DNA of 35,651 bases from an uncultured Gammaproteobacteria bacterium (lineage in GTDB: Bacteria; Patescibacteriota; Patescibacteriia; Patescibacteriales; UBA12465). A program made the translations under genes and the position numbers. The first letter of the stretch is position 1. Every line of letters starts with the position of its first letter. The stretch spans positions 4,374-40,024 of the forward strand of contig CAZCFX010000001.1 of the NCBI GenBank assembly GCA_964498085.1. The letters are read 5' to 3'. Below, piece by piece: positions 26,159 to 33,917 of the stretch. The notes below the pieces were generated by a model. The model made no database searches. It saw only the letters and a list, made by a program, of their open reading frames with translations, and was not told the origin of the DNA.

Positions 26159-26644
26159 TTAACGTTCTTTGTTGATTTCCATTATTTTATCAGCTTTTAT
26201 TTTGGCGTCTTGCTCTAAGAAAAAGCGATTAACGCCGGGAATCAGAGAAAGCCATTTGCGAATTATTTTTATTAAAGAATCCAAATTCAACTTCCCTTTC
26301 TCAATTAGTTTGTTTATTTTTTTAACCGTTTTTTCACCTTCGGTTTTGAATTCTTGTTGTTTTGCTGGTGGCATTTTAATAAAAATATCACTTAAGCCAT
26401 CAGAAAGAAGGCGATCAATCGCTTCTTCTCTTAATTGAGAAGTAGTCTTGACGGCAGAAACCTTTTTCTTGCCCGCTTCGCCAAATTTTTCTTGACCAAG
26501 ATTATTTTCTTCCTTTTCCGCTGCTTCCGTTTTTTGTTCACCAAAATTTTCCGGAGATTTTGGTTTTTCCGGTTTTGGTAGTCCCTGTGAAAAAAATTCC
26601 GGCTGCTCAAAATGCTCACCAGTTTTTTCAAATTTTTTATACAT
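26159..26644 (-). CDS. Orphan protein (disordered acidic/Lys-rich N-half, helical C-half)
   Basis: 161-aa ORF, 11 nt upstream of the ATPase gene and 13 nt downstream of the ferredoxin gene. No motif recognised. Confidence 0.6.
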   Translation of the reverse strand: MYKKFEKTGEHFEQPEFFSQGLPKPEKPKSPENFGEQKTEAAEKEENNLGQEKFGEAGKKKVSAVKTTSQLREEAIDRLLSDGLSDIFIKMPPAKQQEFKTEGEKTVKKINKLIEKGKLNLDSLIKIIRKWLSLIPGVNRFFLEQDAKIKADKIMEINKER

Positions 26645-26657
26645 ATTTTATGGCAAT

Positions 26658-26831
26658 TTAAGAAATGCTAATTGCTTCCACTGGACAAGAAGCAGCAGCT
26701 TCCTTGGCGCAATCAATGTTATCGCCAATAACTTCGGATTTTCCGTCGTTATTCATAATGAAAACTTCCGGACAGAGGCCAGCGCACATTCCGCAGCCAA
26801 CGCATTTTTCTTGGTCTACTTTGATACTCAT
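26658..26831 (-). CDS. Small (57 aa) single-cluster [4Fe-4S]/[3Fe-4S] ferredoxin
   Basis: Not in the ORF track (<60 aa). Base-by-base reverse translation gives MSIKVDQEKCVGCGMCAGLCPEVFIMNNDGKSEVIGDNIDCAKEAAASCPVEAISIS*. CxxCxxCxxxCP plus a distal CP is the classic mini-ferredoxin pattern. The track's 26665..26946 (+) ORF is its antisense shadow. Confidence 0.8.
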   Translation of the reverse strand: MSIKVDQEKCVGCGMCAGLCPEVFIMNNDGKSEVIGDNIDCAKEAAASCPVEAISIS

Positions 26832-26914
26832 ATATTTTTTTATTAATTACCTTCTAAGTATAGCATATAAAACAAAAATAAAAACCTATAAAATTTGCTT
26901 AATAATGGCGAAGG

Positions 26915-26943
26915 TTGACACTTTTTCAGATGTTTGCTATTTT
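26915..26943 (+). promoter_or_regulatory. Candidate rpmA promoter (TTGACA-17-TATTTT with TGn extension)
   Basis: TTGACA at 26915-26920, a 17-nt spacer ending in TGC, then TATTTT at 26938-26943, ~76 nt upstream of ATG 27020. Confidence 0.45.
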
Positions 26944-27019
26944 TAGGATGTTATTCAATTACTATTTATTTAAGAAAAACTGACAAAATACTGATTTTGT
27001 TTGGTTTGCGTCTAAACGT

Positions 27020-27373
27020 ATGGCACATAAGAAAGCCGGCGGCTCTACCGCGCTGGGTCGAGATTCACAAAGTAAAAGATTAGGCGTCAAGCTCTCCGAT
27101 GGCCAACATGCCAAACCGGGTGCAATTATTATCCGCCAACGCGGCACCAAATATCATGCTGGTACCGATGTTCTTCGCGGCAATGACGACACTTTATATT
27201 CCGCTAAACACGGTTTTGTGAAATTTACCACAAAAAAATTAATGAAATTTGACGGCTCCTTGAAGGAAACCAAAGTTGTTCATGTTTTACCTTCAAAAAC
27301 TGTTGATGGAAAAGTATTCACTACTGTCCCACCAAAAGCAAAAAAAGTTGCTGGTAAAAAAACCACCAAATAA
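27020..27373 (+). CDS. rpmA: 50S ribosomal protein L27 with a ~30-aa Lys-rich C-terminal extension
   Basis: [24 protein letters not shown]...[16 protein letters not shown]...[13 protein letters not shown] is nearly identical in pattern to E. coli L27. It is 117 aa, versus ~85 aa typically. Confidence 0.93.
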   Translation: MAHKKAGGSTALGRDSQSKRLGVKLSDGQHAKPGAIIIRQRGTKYHAGTDVLRGNDDTLYSAKHGFVKFTTKKLMKFDGSLKETKVVHVLPSKTVDGKVFTTVPPKAKKVAGKKTTK

Positions 27374-27390
27374 TTTTTTGAAAAATAAAA

Positions 27391-27420
27391 AAGGCCACCT
27401 TTATCGGTGGTCTTTTTGTT
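27391..27420. terminator. Bidirectional terminator between rpmA and the alkD-like gene
   Basis: Stem AAGGCCACC (27391-27399) / GGTGGTCTT (27406-27414, one G-U pair), with T-runs on both strands. Confidence 0.7.
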
Positions 27421-27421
27421 T

Positions 27422-28153
27422 TTATTTTATTGGCATCTTAAGGTATTTTTTTCTTTTCCTTTCCTCAAAATGTTCAATCGCGTAACGCAAAGCAGTGCGA
27501 GGCATTTTTTTGATATTCTTTTTCAAGAAAGTTTCCAAATCTTTCATCGAAACTCGTTTACCTGATTCTCTCAACATCCAACCAACCGCTTTATGCATTA
27601 AATCCTCTTTGTCACTCAAAAGAATTTCGGCAAATTCAAAGACTTCTTTATTGCTCCCCTTTTTTATAAAAGTAAAAGTAGCAAGAATAGCAATTCGTCT
27701 TTGCCAAATATTTTTTGCTTGCGTCATCTTTCTTAATAAGGCCAAATTTTCTGGATAACGAACGCAATAATCGCCAATAATATTTGGTGCAGTTAGATCA
27801 ACCAAATCCCAATTATTTATTTTTTTGGAATTAGCCAGATAGAACTGAAAAATCTTTTTTCGTTCTTGATCATTTTTTGCTTTCTCGTAATTAGCGACCA
27901 AGATTGCCAAAGCGACCATGCGCACTTCGTGATATTTGTTCGCTAATAAAATTTTAATCTCAGTCAAAGGTAGGCCGGCAAATTCTTTGGCTACTTTTCT
28001 GGACACGGGTACAGTGATGCCAAGAAAAAAATCTCCTTCGCCATATTGTCCAGGACCAGTTTTAAAAAAATACGATAAAGCTTTGGCTTTCTCCGCATTT
28101 TTTTCTTTGCTTATTTTTTGCCAAACCGCCTGAGCAGTTTTTTTGTTTTCCAT
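27422..28153 (-). CDS. DNA alkylation repair protein (AlkC/AlkD-like HEAT-repeat family)
   Basis: 243 aa. The N-terminus ...KAKALSYFFKTGPGQYGEGDFFLGITVPVSRKVAKEF and the helical-repeat body match the DNA_alkylation family pattern as I recall it. Confidence 0.7.
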   Translation of the reverse strand: MENKKTAQAVWQKISKEKNAEKAKALSYFFKTGPGQYGEGDFFLGITVPVSRKVAKEFAGLPLTEIKILLANKYHEVRMVALAILVANYEKAKNDQERKKIFQFYLANSKKINNWDLVDLTAPNIIGDYCVRYPENLALLRKMTQAKNIWQRRIAILATFTFIKKGSNKEVFEFAEILLSDKEDLMHKAVGWMLRESGKRVSMKDLETFLKKNIKKMPRTALRYAIEHFEERKRKKYLKMPIK

Positions 28154-28157
28154 AAAT

Positions 28158-28619
28158 TTAGTAATGATATTCTTTACCAGCCAAAATTAAAGCGGCACGA
28201 TACAGTTGTTCCAACAAAACCACGCGCGCTAATTCGTGCGGCATCGTTAATTGAGAAAGAGATATTTTTGAATATTTTTTTCTAAGTTCTTTTTCCCAAC
28301 CCAAAGCACCAGCAACAACCAAAACAATTGGACAATTTAATTTTTCCAAAGATTGAGCAAAAGCTACTGATTCAGATTCTATTCCTTCTTCGGCTAAAAG
28401 AAAAATCTTGGTGCCCTTTCTTTTTTCTAAAACTTCTTCGATTCTCGCCGCTTCTTCTTTTTTTGCTTTCTCTTTAGTGTTTTCATTAAAAGCCGCTGCC
28501 TTTAATTCTAATAATTCAAAACGAGCAAAGGGCTTGATTCTCTTTTGGTATTCTTCGGCGACTGCTAACAAATTTTTATCTTTAATTTTACCAATAGTCA
28601 CCAAGGTAAGGTCTAACAT
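28158..28619 (-). CDS. rlmH: 23S rRNA (pseudouridine1915-N3)-methyltransferase RlmH (SPOUT)
   Basis: 153 aa. MLDLTLVTIGKIKDKNL...EYQKRI... N-terminus. C-terminal LSLSQLTMPHELARVVLLEQLYRA...GKEYHY is typical of RlmH/YbeA. Confidence 0.85.
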   Translation of the reverse strand: MLDLTLVTIGKIKDKNLLAVAEEYQKRIKPFARFELLELKAAAFNENTKEKAKKEEAARIEEVLEKRKGTKIFLLAEEGIESESVAFAQSLEKLNCPIVLVVAGALGWEKELRKKYSKISLSQLTMPHELARVVLLEQLYRAALILAGKEYHY

Positions 28620-28622
28620 ATT

Positions 28623-29987
28623 TTATAATTCATAAACAATTCCCTGTTCTGGAATAATTGCTTCAGTCTTTATTTTTTTATTAACATAATTAGCTAGTGC
28701 TTCATTGCACGAATCTTCACCATGAACCACAAAAACTTTTTTTGGTTTTGGTTTTTGCAAAGCTTTTAGCCACTTTTCTAATTCTTTTTCGCCAGCATGA
28801 GCCGAAAAAGAATCAATGGTAGAAATTTTTAATCTAACTTCAAATTCTTGTTTATCTATTTTAACGTTTTTTTCACCATCTTGTAGTCGACGACCCAAGG
28901 TTCTTTGCGCTTGATAAGAAACAAAAAGCAAATGAGCATTAGGATTATAAATTTCATTCTTCAAATGACGAGGCATTCGGCCACCATTCAGCATGCCACT
29001 ACCAGCCAAAATTACTTTTGGTGGATGAAGGTCATCCAGTTCATATGATTCTCCAGCATCTTCAACAATATTGAAGCCGTTGAATTTAAAAACATCGTCA
29101 CCATCTTTAATCATGTCCTTGGTTTGCTCATCAAAATAATCCAAGTATCTTCGATAGACCGCCAAAGCCCTGGTGGCCATTGGACTGTCTAAATAATAAG
29201 AAATCAAAGGTACTTGCTGACTTTCCACTAATTGATTAATTTCAAAAATAATTTCTTGTACTTTTTCTAGGGCAAAAATTGGAATTAACAAAACTCCGTG
29301 ATTATTTACCGCCTCTTTGATCGCTTGTTTTAGTTTTTTAACGCCCAGTTCTCTTTTTTCATGTTCTTTGCCGCCATAAGTAGATTCAATTATGGCAAAA
29401 TCAGCACCATTAATTAGTTCGGGATCATTCATTAGTGGCGCTGGCGGATTACCAATATCGCCAGAAAAAATAATTATTTTCTCTTGCTCGTTTTCTTGAA
29501 CAAATAATTTAAAAGATGCGGCGCCCAAAATATGTCCAGCATCATAAGCAATAACTGATAATTGAGAATTTATTTGAAATTTTTCATGATAATTAATGGT
29601 TTTAATCAAACTCATCGTTCCGGTAACATCCGCTTCGGAAAAAATTGGTGGCACATCGCTTTTTAGGGAGTCTTCAGTAATTATTTTTAGGGTATCCAAC
29701 AAAATAATCTCTACTAATTCTCTGGTTGGTGGTGTGCAAAAAATTTGACCACGAAAACCTTCTTTGTAGAGTTTTGGCAAGCGGCCACAATGGTCCAGAT
29801 GAGCATGAGTAAGCAAAATAAAGTCTATTTCTGAAGCTTCAAAAGGAAAAACATCGCGATTACGATCCTGAATATAATCATCCCCCTGAAAAAAACCACA
29901 ATCAATTAGTAGTTTAAAATTATCTCCGGACAAATAAGCACATGATCCGGTCACTTCTCGACAAGCACCATGGAATGAAATTTTCAT
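28623..29987 (-). CDS. MBL-fold beta-CASP family ribonuclease
   Basis: 454 aa. MKISFHGACREVTGSC start, HxHxDH motif LLTHAHLDHCGRLP, a beta-CASP-length insert, and C-terminal FSAHAGEKEL...VHGE. Confidence 0.8.
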   Translation of the reverse strand: MKISFHGACREVTGSCAYLSGDNFKLLIDCGFFQGDDYIQDRNRDVFPFEASEIDFILLTHAHLDHCGRLPKLYKEGFRGQIFCTPPTRELVEIILLDTLKIITEDSLKSDVPPIFSEADVTGTMSLIKTINYHEKFQINSQLSVIAYDAGHILGAASFKLFVQENEQEKIIIFSGDIGNPPAPLMNDPELINGADFAIIESTYGGKEHEKRELGVKKLKQAIKEAVNNHGVLLIPIFALEKVQEIIFEINQLVESQQVPLISYYLDSPMATRALAVYRRYLDYFDEQTKDMIKDGDDVFKFNGFNIVEDAGESYELDDLHPPKVILAGSGMLNGGRMPRHLKNEIYNPNAHLLFVSYQAQRTLGRRLQDGEKNVKIDKQEFEVRLKISTIDSFSAHAGEKELEKWLKALQKPKPKKVFVVHGEDSCNEALANYVNKKIKTEAIIPEQGIVYEL

Positions 29988-29997
29988 ATTTTTATTT

Positions 29998-30504
29998 TTA
30001 GAATTTTCGACTATCGTAAGCCCAATGAAGAACAGCTTGTCTTTGGCGAGGACGACAATTCAAATCTCCGCGTCGACAATTGTTTTTGATTGCCAAAACA
30101 TGCCTCTTCATTGCTTTCCAACGTTTGATTTGTCGGCGATCTTCTTTCTCTAAACGTCTACCCAGATAATAGCGGCAATACCACTGAAACCAGCCGCGTG
30201 GGTCATTTTCATTAATCCAGCCTTTGGCTTGCCAATAACTAAGCGGCGTACTAGCTTTGACGCCAAAATAATTGAGTTTACGATCTGAGGGACCGACAGC
30301 AAATTTTGCTTTTTTAAACCAAGCAGCCGGAAATTCGGCCGTGCAATCTCTTAAATATCGACCGCCAAAAACACCAAGTTCCAGCATTTCGGCTGGGGTT
30401 AATTCTGGTTTGAAATCAGCAGCAAAATTAGAACCCATTTTTTCGGTGAGTTTATAGCGATAATTTTTCTGCATCTTGTCATTCACCACAATAATTTTTC
30501 CCAT
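29998..30504 (-). CDS. Conserved-looking Arg/Trp-rich protein of unknown function
   Basis: 168-aa ORF. Distinctive segments LELGVFGGRYLRDCTAEFPAAWFKKAKF and DPRGWFQWYCRYYLGRRLEKEDRRQIKRW. I cannot name a family. Hand-counted GC ~42-48% on two lines, above the neighbours. Confidence 0.6.
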   Translation of the reverse strand: MGKIIVVNDKMQKNYRYKLTEKMGSNFAADFKPELTPAEMLELGVFGGRYLRDCTAEFPAAWFKKAKFAVGPSDRKLNYFGVKASTPLSYWQAKGWINENDPRGWFQWYCRYYLGRRLEKEDRRQIKRWKAMKRHVLAIKNNCRRGDLNCRPRQRQAVLHWAYDSRKF

Positions 30505-30554
30505 ATATTTAAGATAATTTTAGCATGAAAAGCATTCCCTCACAATTATTGATA

Positions 30555-30563
30555 TGCTATAAT
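30555..30563 (+). promoter_or_regulatory. Extended -10 promoter element (TGcTATAAT) for the SGNH hydrolase gene
   Basis: TGCTATAAT at 30555-30563, 26 nt upstream of ATG 30590. The -35 is weak (TTCCCT). Confidence 0.45.
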
Positions 30564-30589
30564 AAGTTAATAAAAAAATAATAAATTTT

Positions 30590-31336
30590 ATGAAACGTCC
30601 AATTATTGCTATTCCTATAATACTTTTTGGTATTCTCTTAATTTATTTATTGCTGGCCTATAATTCAATTTATTATCGTATCGGCAGCAGCAATATTCCA
30701 ATCTTAAAAGTAGAAGCTATGTATAATTTTAATGAAAATCAGGAAGGTCCAGCAATCAAAATAGCCACCCTGGGTGATAGTTTAACCTACGGACAAGGAG
30801 CAAGTGATTTCACCGAATCATATCCTTACTTGTTGGCAAAAAATTTAGCCGGAGAAAAGCAGGCCGTGAGCTTATCCCCTTTTGCTTTCCCGGGTGCGAT
30901 GACTTCCGATTTGATTGATAATTTTTTGGACCAGGCGGTTGCTTTTCAACCAGATATTGCCACCATATTGATCGGAGTTAATGATATGCACAATCATGTT
31001 TCCCTACCGGACTTCAAAAAAAATTATCAGAAAATAATTAGTGCTCTCAAAACAAATCCGCAAACAAAAATTTATTTAATTAGCATGCCTTTCATTGGTG
31101 ATAAATTTTTAATGCTTCCACCATACCAAAAACGTTTTTTAAATGAAACTGAAAAATATAATGAAGTTATCAAAACTTTAGCTCAAGAAAATCAAGTCGA
31201 ATATTTGGATATCACCACCGATACCACCGAATTATTCAAAAAATCCGGAAATCATTATTCCCTTGATCATTTTCACCCTTCAGCTGTTGGTTATAAAATT
31301 TTCGCTCAATTAATCTATGCAAGTATTAATCAGTAA
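30590..31336 (+). CDS. Membrane-anchored SGNH/GDSL-family hydrolase/esterase
   Basis: N-terminal TM. Block I IATLGDSLTYGQG, block III-like IGVNDM, and block V DHFHPS (catalytic Asp/His). Confidence 0.85.
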   Translation: MKRPIIAIPIILFGILLIYLLLAYNSIYYRIGSSNIPILKVEAMYNFNENQEGPAIKIATLGDSLTYGQGASDFTESYPYLLAKNLAGEKQAVSLSPFAFPGAMTSDLIDNFLDQAVAFQPDIATILIGVNDMHNHVSLPDFKKNYQKIISALKTNPQTKIYLISMPFIGDKFLMLPPYQKRFLNETEKYNEVIKTLAQENQVEYLDITTDTTELFKKSGNHYSLDHFHPSAVGYKIFAQLIYASINQ

Positions 31337-32414
31337 TCCCACCCAAGCAACTATTATTTTCAGTATCATTCTTTCGATAATCATTCTCCTGAGTATTAAA
31401 AGAAGAAAAGAAAATAATGGTCTTAGCTTGGAAGTAACCCAAGAATTAAAAGGAATCGCCACTTTGATGGTTGTTTTTAGCCATATCGGTTATTTTTTAG
31501 TCAGTGATTCGCGTTTTCTTTTTCCACTCACAGTGGCTGCCGGAGTTGGAGTAAATCTTTTTCTTTTTCTGTCTGGCTATGGTTTGACTGCTAGTTCTTG
31601 CAAAACAAAAACAAGTATCTGGAAAAGTTATTTCCGTCGCTTGGGAAAACTTTTTGTCCCAATGTGGCTTGTTTTGGCTTTATTTTATTTGTTGGATTTC
31701 TTTTTTCTAAACAAAGGATATTCTATTTCATATATTGTTCAATCATTTTTAGGATTTTTTTATCACGCCGATTTATATCAAGACATCAATTCTCCGCTCT
31801 GGTATTTTACTTTGATTATTTTTTATTACTTAATTTTTCCGCTCTTTTTTTGGAAAAAAAATCCTTGGATTTCAGCGATTGCTATTTATCTGCTTTCCTA
31901 TTTTATTATTCAAAGCGAACCATCGTCCTTGGACTACGTTCTTCATCTCCATAAAATTCACCTGATTGCCTTTCCTCTAGGGATGATTTGCGCCTATCTT
32001 TTTGCCAAGCAACCGGTAATAAATTTCTTCAAAAAGATTGGAGAACAAAAAATTTGGCGTTGGTTAATTATCGCGGCAGGATTATTTTTAGCAATCTACA
32101 CCATCAAAAACTCCAATGTCGGCGTAAAAAATATTGAAGAATTAACCAGTATTGCTTCTGTTTTGGCTTTGGTTGCGGTTTTTGCTGTAAAGAAGATAAA
32201 AATAAAAGCCTTTTATTGGCTCGGTTTCTTCTCCTATGAAATTTATCTTTTACATTGGCCGCTAATGTACCGCTACGACTTTATCTATAAATATCTACCG
32301 GCCTGGTTGGCAACTATTTTATATTTATTTATCTTTATTCTTCTCGGTTGGGGATTGCAAAAATTAAGCGGTCTAATTACTGGCAAAAAAATAATCACAA
32401 AAAAAACAGAGTAA
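31317..32414 (+). CDS. Acyltransferase family 3 (AT3) integral membrane O-acyltransferase
   Basis: 365 aa, ~10 TM helices. N-terminal AT3 motif LKGIATLMVVFSHIGYF (catalytic His region). Overlaps the SGNH gene by 20 nt. Confidence 0.85.
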   Translation: MQVLISNPTQATIIFSIILSIIILLSIKRRKENNGLSLEVTQELKGIATLMVVFSHIGYFLVSDSRFLFPLTVAAGVGVNLFLFLSGYGLTASSCKTKTSIWKSYFRRLGKLFVPMWLVLALFYLLDFFFLNKGYSISYIVQSFLGFFYHADLYQDINSPLWYFTLIIFYYLIFPLFFWKKNPWISAIAIYLLSYFIIQSEPSSLDYVLHLHKIHLIAFPLGMICAYLFAKQPVINFFKKIGEQKIWRWLIIAAGLFLAIYTIKNSNVGVKNIEELTSIASVLALVAVFAVKKIKIKAFYWLGFFSYEIYLLHWPLMYRYDFIYKYLPAWLATILYLFIFILLGWGLQKLSGLITGKKIITKKTE

Positions 32415-32428
32415 CATCTGTTTTTTTC
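32401..32428. terminator. AT-rich bidirectional hairpin between the convergent AT3 and engB genes
   Basis: AAAAAACAGA (32401-32410) / TCTGTTTTTT (32417-32426). It includes the AT3 stop codon. The stem is weak because it is AT-rich. Confidence 0.45.
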
Positions 32429-32432
32429 TTAA

Positions 32433-32999
32433 TTATTCAATGGCAGCTAACAATTCTTTGAGGCCGATTTTTTTCTCGGCGGAAAAAGGAATAATCTCAT
32501 GATCGCCAATTAACTGCTGAATTTTTTTAAACTGAGAAACTTTTTCTGAGTTTTTTAATTTATCAACCTTATTGGCCACAATTACTAAATCTTTTTTTGC
32601 CTCCTCTAAGGCAATTAATATTTCCAAATCATCTTTGGTTGGACCGACTTTGGCATCAATAATCAAAACTACTTTTTTTTGTTCTACTCCCGATAAAAAT
32701 AAATACCAATTAATCAGTTCAAAAATTTTTTCTCTAACTTCTTTGGGCGCTTTAGCAAAACCATAACCAGGAAGATCAACTAAATAAAATTTGTTGTTAA
32801 TCAGAAAAAAATTAGCTTGCTGAGTACGTCCAGGCGAACAAGAAACTTTGGCAATTCCCTTTTTACCGGTCAAAATATTAATTGTGCTGGATTTGCCGAC
32901 ATTAGAACGCCCAATAAAAGCAACTTGCTTCAAACTATTGTGCATTATTTTGTCTTCACCAACCACTCCTTTAATGAATTCTGCGGATTCTATTTTCAT
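32433..32999 (-). CDS. engB: Ribosome-biogenesis GTPase EngB/YsxC/YihA
   Basis: G1 FIGRSNVGKSS, G3 VDLPGYGFA, G4 ANKVDK. Start trimmed from 33068 to ATG 32999 (MKIESAEFIKG...), which forms an ATGA overlap with the upstream gene's stop (32996-32998). Confidence 0.88.
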   Translation of the reverse strand: MKIESAEFIKGVVGEDKIMHNSLKQVAFIGRSNVGKSSTINILTGKKGIAKVSCSPGRTQQANFFLINNKFYLVDLPGYGFAKAPKEVREKIFELINWYLFLSGVEQKKVVLIIDAKVGPTKDDLEILIALEEAKKDLVIVANKVDKLKNSEKVSQFKKIQQLIGDHEIIPFSAEKKIGLKELLAAIE

Positions 33000-33913
33000 A
33001 AATTTAATAATTGAATAATAATGCCGGAAAGTGCACTGATTGCAAACAACAAGGCGACAATTTTCCAAATTTCCGCTTTATTTTTTTCCTCTTTAAATAA
33101 TACCAATAATCCCAAACCACCGCTAGCAGATAAACCAGCAATAACTGAACCATAACTAATTGCGCCTTGTAAATAAAGTTCAGTAATTGCTACCGAAGAC
33201 GCGCAATTAGGAATTAGGCCAACTAGAGCGGCAATTAATGGTTGAAAAATTGTTCCACTCAATAATATTTTAGCCAAAACATCACCACCTAAAATAAAAA
33301 GAATGAAATTTATTAAAAAAGAAACTAAAAAAATAAAAACAAATATTTTTAGAGTATGAATAATTGGATGAAGAAAAATTTCTTTTAGCGGAAATTTTTT
33401 GGTTAAGGTAGAAGTATGATGACCACAACAGGCAGTTTCATTATCTACTTCTTCATGATGATGTTCGGGGCTATCATGTCCGGAAGAATAAGAATCAATG
33501 TGAGCCAAAGTTTGTTTGTTTCTTTTTCTGAAAAAAAGATCAATTGCGTAACCGGCAAAAAGAGCAATTCCGACTTTGGTCAAAATTAAAGGTAAAAGAA
33601 TTTTTGCCTGATCCGGTTGAGACAAAATAACTGGAATAGCTTCATCAGAAGTGGCCAAATAAACCGCCAATAAAGTACCAATGGTTACCAGGCGTTGAGA
33701 ATACAAAGCAGTAGTGATTACCGAAAAACCACATTGTGGCAAAGAGCCAGCGGCAGCACCAAGTAAAGGACCAGCCTTCCCCGCTTTTTGAACAGATTTT
33801 TTTATTTTATTGCCAAACTTGTATTCCAATAATTCGATGCCAACATAAATAATAAATAAAAGCGGCAACATTTTTGCGGAATCAATTAAGGCATCCAAAA
33901 ATATTTCTAACAT
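32996..33913 (-). CDS. Polytopic permease resembling the putative 10-TM heavy-metal transporter family (ArsP_2-like) with a His/Cys-rich loop
   Basis: 305 aa. MLEIFLDALIDSAKMLPLLFIIYVGIELLEY...GSLPQCGFSV...ATSDEAIPV, central loop SSGHDSPEHHHEEVDNETACCGHH, and a second half with LIPNCASSVAITELY. Family named from memory. Confidence 0.65.
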   Translation of the reverse strand: MLEIFLDALIDSAKMLPLLFIIYVGIELLEYKFGNKIKKSVQKAGKAGPLLGAAAGSLPQCGFSVITTALYSQRLVTIGTLLAVYLATSDEAIPVILSQPDQAKILLPLILTKVGIALFAGYAIDLFFRKRNKQTLAHIDSYSSGHDSPEHHHEEVDNETACCGHHTSTLTKKFPLKEIFLHPIIHTLKIFVFIFLVSFLINFILFILGGDVLAKILLSGTIFQPLIAALVGLIPNCASSVAITELYLQGAISYGSVIAGLSASGGLGLLVLFKEEKNKAEIWKIVALLFAISALSGIIIQLLNL

Positions 33914-33917
33914 AAAC

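Noticed and set aside
26665-26946. 93-aa plus-strand ORF from the track
   Set aside because: Its first ~55 codons are the antisense of a ferredoxin gene with a textbook Cys motif. The remainder runs through promoter/AT-rich spacer.
31598-31954. 118-aa overlapping plus-strand ORF inside the AT3 gene
   Set aside because: It is an alternative frame of a well-supported polytopic acyltransferase CDS. The Phe/Leu-rich translation is a compositional artefact.
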